From a virus, in the IMG/VR virus record IMGVR_UViG_3300006056_000038, positions 1 through 64,000 of that record: DNA of 64,000 nucleotides; one strand, given 5' to 3'. This document shows, in pieces, positions 61,670-64,000 of this stretch. The notes beneath the pieces are model-generated. The model saw nothing but the letters and a program-made list of their open reading frames with translations, ran no database searches and had not been told where the DNA came from. Each line of letters starts with the position of its first letter. The stretch's first letter is position 1. Position numbers and translations under genes: made by a program.

Positions 61670-62941
61670 ATGTCATTGAAATTACCCACCGAGACGCCTC
61701 TGACCGAATCCCAGAGCGAATTGAATGCCACCATAGGCTCCATCAAGGGTCTGTTGTCGTTCTCGGGCAAGAAGCGTCTCAACATCCCGAAGGGTAACCA
61801 GATATCCACCTATGATTTTTCCAAGAAGCTGCTCAATACATTGGGCTTCAGCCTTGAGCCTTTATTTCTTCTGTTCATTGAAAAGGTGTTCGACCAAGCT
61901 GGCACGTTCTTGGAGCAACAGGTCCTTCGCGGCATGGCGGAATCACTAGCAGCAAAGGGCACGCTTCTGCCGAATACGCAGACCCCGACGGTGGAAATGA
62001 CCCCATTGTTGACCAAACAATACGAGGAAGGCAATCTCGCTTACTTGCTATCGTCCGCTGCTATTCCCGCCAACTTCCTTTCGGTCGCCAAACAACAGAT
62101 AGCGAAAAGTCTTGTTCTGATGATCTTTGGACCCAAGGATGGACCAACGGCCGAATACTTGAACCCGGACCCCGCCGAACGACAACGCTTGATCAGCGAG
62201 GCCGTATGTGGCTCCTTCGCGTTCTCCATGAGCAATGAGCCTATCGTAAGGGACGAGGACCTTGAGTACAACCGTATAGCGCTTGCCAGACAGCTTGAGC
62301 GCGGTAAGGTCATGTTCGAGATTAGTTGTCAGAACGTACATGTCGCCCTGCCGCAGAACCCCGCGATCATATTCGAAGGCGGGGGGCAATACACCATTCC
62401 AAGTCAATCCATCACCCCGGCTCAAAGCTTGAACTTCCTTGTGCAACACGTCGGCAACCAAGTGCAGAACATCAACTCGCAGGCGAACCGGGCATCAGGC
62501 GGCAGAAGCTTCTTTGAGATCATGGTGGAAAAGATGATGGGCTACATGTCATCTCTTGTCCCTCCGTTCCTCAGCCCCGTCATGTCCGCCATCAACGCAA
62601 CGAGCGCCGGGGCGAACTACGTGCAGGGAGACCTTGTTTATTCAACGTGCGACATCCTGAACAGTCCAGAAGACGTCCAAAAGAAGCAATTCGGAAAGAC
62701 GTTGGCGAACTACCTCTACAAGGCGCTTTTGGCGCTCATGCTGTCGACCCTGATAAGGGAGTTCAAGCGCATGGTAGCGAACTATTTCGCCAAGATCGCC
62801 ATTGAGAAACAAAAGCGGAAGCTCGATAGGATCCGTAAACGCTTCAAGCTCTTCGACAAGCTTCCCGAGAAGGCCAAGAAAGCCCAGCGCTATGCGGCCG
62901 CCGTCGCACCTTTGAACACCATATTGACCCAACAGGCCTGA
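61670..62941 (+). CDS. Hypothetical protein (possible baseplate component by position)
   Basis: 423 aa; upstream of the gp5-like gene, same strand. Confidence 0.4.
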   Translation: MSLKLPTETPLTESQSELNATIGSIKGLLSFSGKKRLNIPKGNQISTYDFSKKLLNTLGFSLEPLFLLFIEKVFDQAGTFLEQQVLRGMAESLAAKGTLLPNTQTPTVEMTPLLTKQYEEGNLAYLLSSAAIPANFLSVAKQQIAKSLVLMIFGPKDGPTAEYLNPDPAERQRLISEAVCGSFAFSMSNEPIVRDEDLEYNRIALARQLERGKVMFEISCQNVHVALPQNPAIIFEGGGQYTIPSQSITPAQSLNFLVQHVGNQVQNINSQANRASGGRSFFEIMVEKMMGYMSSLVPPFLSPVMSAINATSAGANYVQGDLVYSTCDILNSPEDVQKKQFGKTLANYLYKALLALMLSTLIREFKRMVANYFAKIAIEKQKRKLDRIRKRFKLFDKLPEKAKKAQRYAAAVAPLNTILTQQA

Positions 62942-63360
62942 TGGCAGCTTTATTCCCCATAGATGATGACAACATGCGGTCCGAAGAGATGGCGGACTTC
63001 CTGTTGTTCCTTCTGAATGAGGACAGGATACCCATTCCTCCGCTCACTCTTCCGCAGATCATTGCGGCGAAGACACGGCCCGGGTTGAGCGCCGATCAGA
63101 TCGCATCCCGGATCATCAGCAGGTTCCCTGAAGCCGGGATACCAGTTGGCCCTTTGAAAGGCGGTACGCAGAACTCCATGGAGCAGCTTATCAAGTTGAT
63201 ATGCGAAGAGTTTGTGGATGCCCTACAGAACGACATGCGCGTAGACATTGCGGTCGACCCCGGAATGATCGGACAAGGTACAGGGGCCAATGCCGCAGGG
63301 CCCGTATTGACCGTTAACACCACCTTGAACCCACACACGGGAACTGGCGTCGCAAGATGA
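62941..63360 (+). CDS. Hypothetical protein
   Basis: 139 aa; ATGA overlap with the upstream gene. Confidence 0.4.
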   Translation: MAALFPIDDDNMRSEEMADFLLFLLNEDRIPIPPLTLPQIIAAKTRPGLSADQIASRIISRFPEAGIPVGPLKGGTQNSMEQLIKLICEEFVDALQNDMRVDIAVDPGMIGQGTGANAAGPVLTVNTTLNPHTGTGVAR

Positions 63361-63554
63361 ACAACAACAGCATTGATCAACTCGAAAGCATCATCGTAGA
63401 AGTGCGCGATATGATCGCCGCCATGTGCGACGATATGGATGCTGCAACTTCCATATTGGAAAAGGAAACGATCAGAGTAGCTATCTTGAAGGAGGAGGAG
63501 CGGTTGCTCGATCTCATCGCACTTCAGAGTCACATGAATACAAAATCCTCCTGA
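63357..63554 (+). CDS. Small hypothetical protein
   Basis: 65 aa, coupled between neighbouring genes. Confidence 0.3.
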   Translation: MNNNSIDQLESIIVEVRDMIAAMCDDMDAATSILEKETIRVAILKEEERLLDLIALQSHMNTKSS

Positions 63555-63557
63555 CCA

Positions 63558-64000
63558 ATGCCGGGATTCGATCATCTATCAAAAGCACTGCACAGGAACA
63601 GCGAGCAGGATAAGACTGCCCAAGAGGGTAGGTCCATTCGTGATAAGTATCCCGCCATCGTCGTTAAGTCCGATGATCCGCTGGACCAAGGCAGGATCAT
63701 TGCACGTATCGTGGATTTCGATGAAACCGGAGCCATAAAAGGCGGGCGTGACCGTGACATACCGGACGACAAACTGCCGTTCGCCGTCCCGTCGTTCCCA
63801 AGCTTTCTTCATGCCCCTCCGCTTGAGGGGGAGATGGTCTACATCTTCTTGGAGAATCCGAACGTCAATACCTCCCCTCGTTATTGGACGGGACCGATCA
63901 TCACCTCGAAGCTGAAGCTGAAGTTCCAATCCATCAATGAGGCCATAAAGGTCTTCAACTACACCCAGTTCGGCCTCAACTCGACGGTCCCCACACGCCC
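63558..64000 (+). CDS. Baseplate hub/spike protein N-terminal OB domain, T4 gp5-like (partial, runs off the window)
   Basis: Manual translation with no stop to the end of the window. PAIVVKSDDPLDQGRIIARIVDFDETG...DIPDDKLPFA is similar to the T4 gp5 N-terminus (VGVVEDVMDPSLIGRVRVRVHGDDPDIPTEDLPWA). Confidence 0.45.
   Translation, partial: MPGFDHLSKALHRNSEQDKTAQEGRSIRDKYPAIVVKSDDPLDQGRIIARIVDFDETGAIKGGRDRDIPDDKLPFAVPSFPSFLHAPPLEGEMVYIFLENPNVNTSPRYWTGPIITSKLKLKFQSINEAIKVFNYTQFGLNSTVPTR

Overview
This 64-kb window reads as a contiguous piece of a T4-like (Straboviridae-type) myovirus genome. Nearly all of it is coding, in long co-directional gene blocks separated by intrinsic terminators. By direct comparison with T4 proteins from memory I recognise a gp19-like tail tube (2111-2599 +), a gp18-like tail sheath (7713-10121 -), a gp23-like major capsid protein (25925-27565 -) preceded by a scaffold-like acidic protein and a gp21-like prohead protease, a gp55-like late sigma factor (59883-60842 +) and a gp5-like hub protein running off the 3' edge. 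A tail-fibre-like repeat protein sits at the 5' end, and an unannotated partial ORF (1-675 -) runs off the 5' edge. Unusual content: (i) the prohead protease gene is split by a Hint/LAGLIDADG intein, and a degenerate free-standing paralogue of that element lies immediately upstream. (ii) At least six proteins share a conserved N-terminal ~13-aa peptide with a T4-like (I/L)xE protease site, i.e. a capsid-targeting-sequence-like tag. They include a GNAT acetyltransferase and an HExxH metallopeptidase and are interleaved with proteins built from a repeated 'KLSSLSEGLRKEVKKHLKEGRTK' module. (iii) A ~21-kb, single-strand glycan-biosynthesis cluster (38.4-59.9 kb) carries at least 9 glycosyltransferases of different folds or families. 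(iv) Inside it is a visibly AT-richer island (about 45.5-54.6 kb) encoding a RibB-like DHBP synthase, an IspD/TarI-like cytidylyltransferase, a kinase, a HAD phosphatase, a transaldolase/Fsa-like aldolase, a TylCIII-like C-methyltransferase and two FkbM methyltransferases. (v) A 932-aa Vsr-like-endonuclease/DNA-methyltransferase fusion and a related 613-aa repeat protein. (vi) Auxiliary genes for SPFH/flotillin, vWA, PhoH and thioredoxin. (vii) A recurrent, often palindromic motif CTATTTATGG occurs at more than 20 gene starts, and Shine-Dalgarno sequences are essentially absent, which suggests a Bacteroidota-type host. All calls are from reading the sequence and ORF translations; no searches were run.
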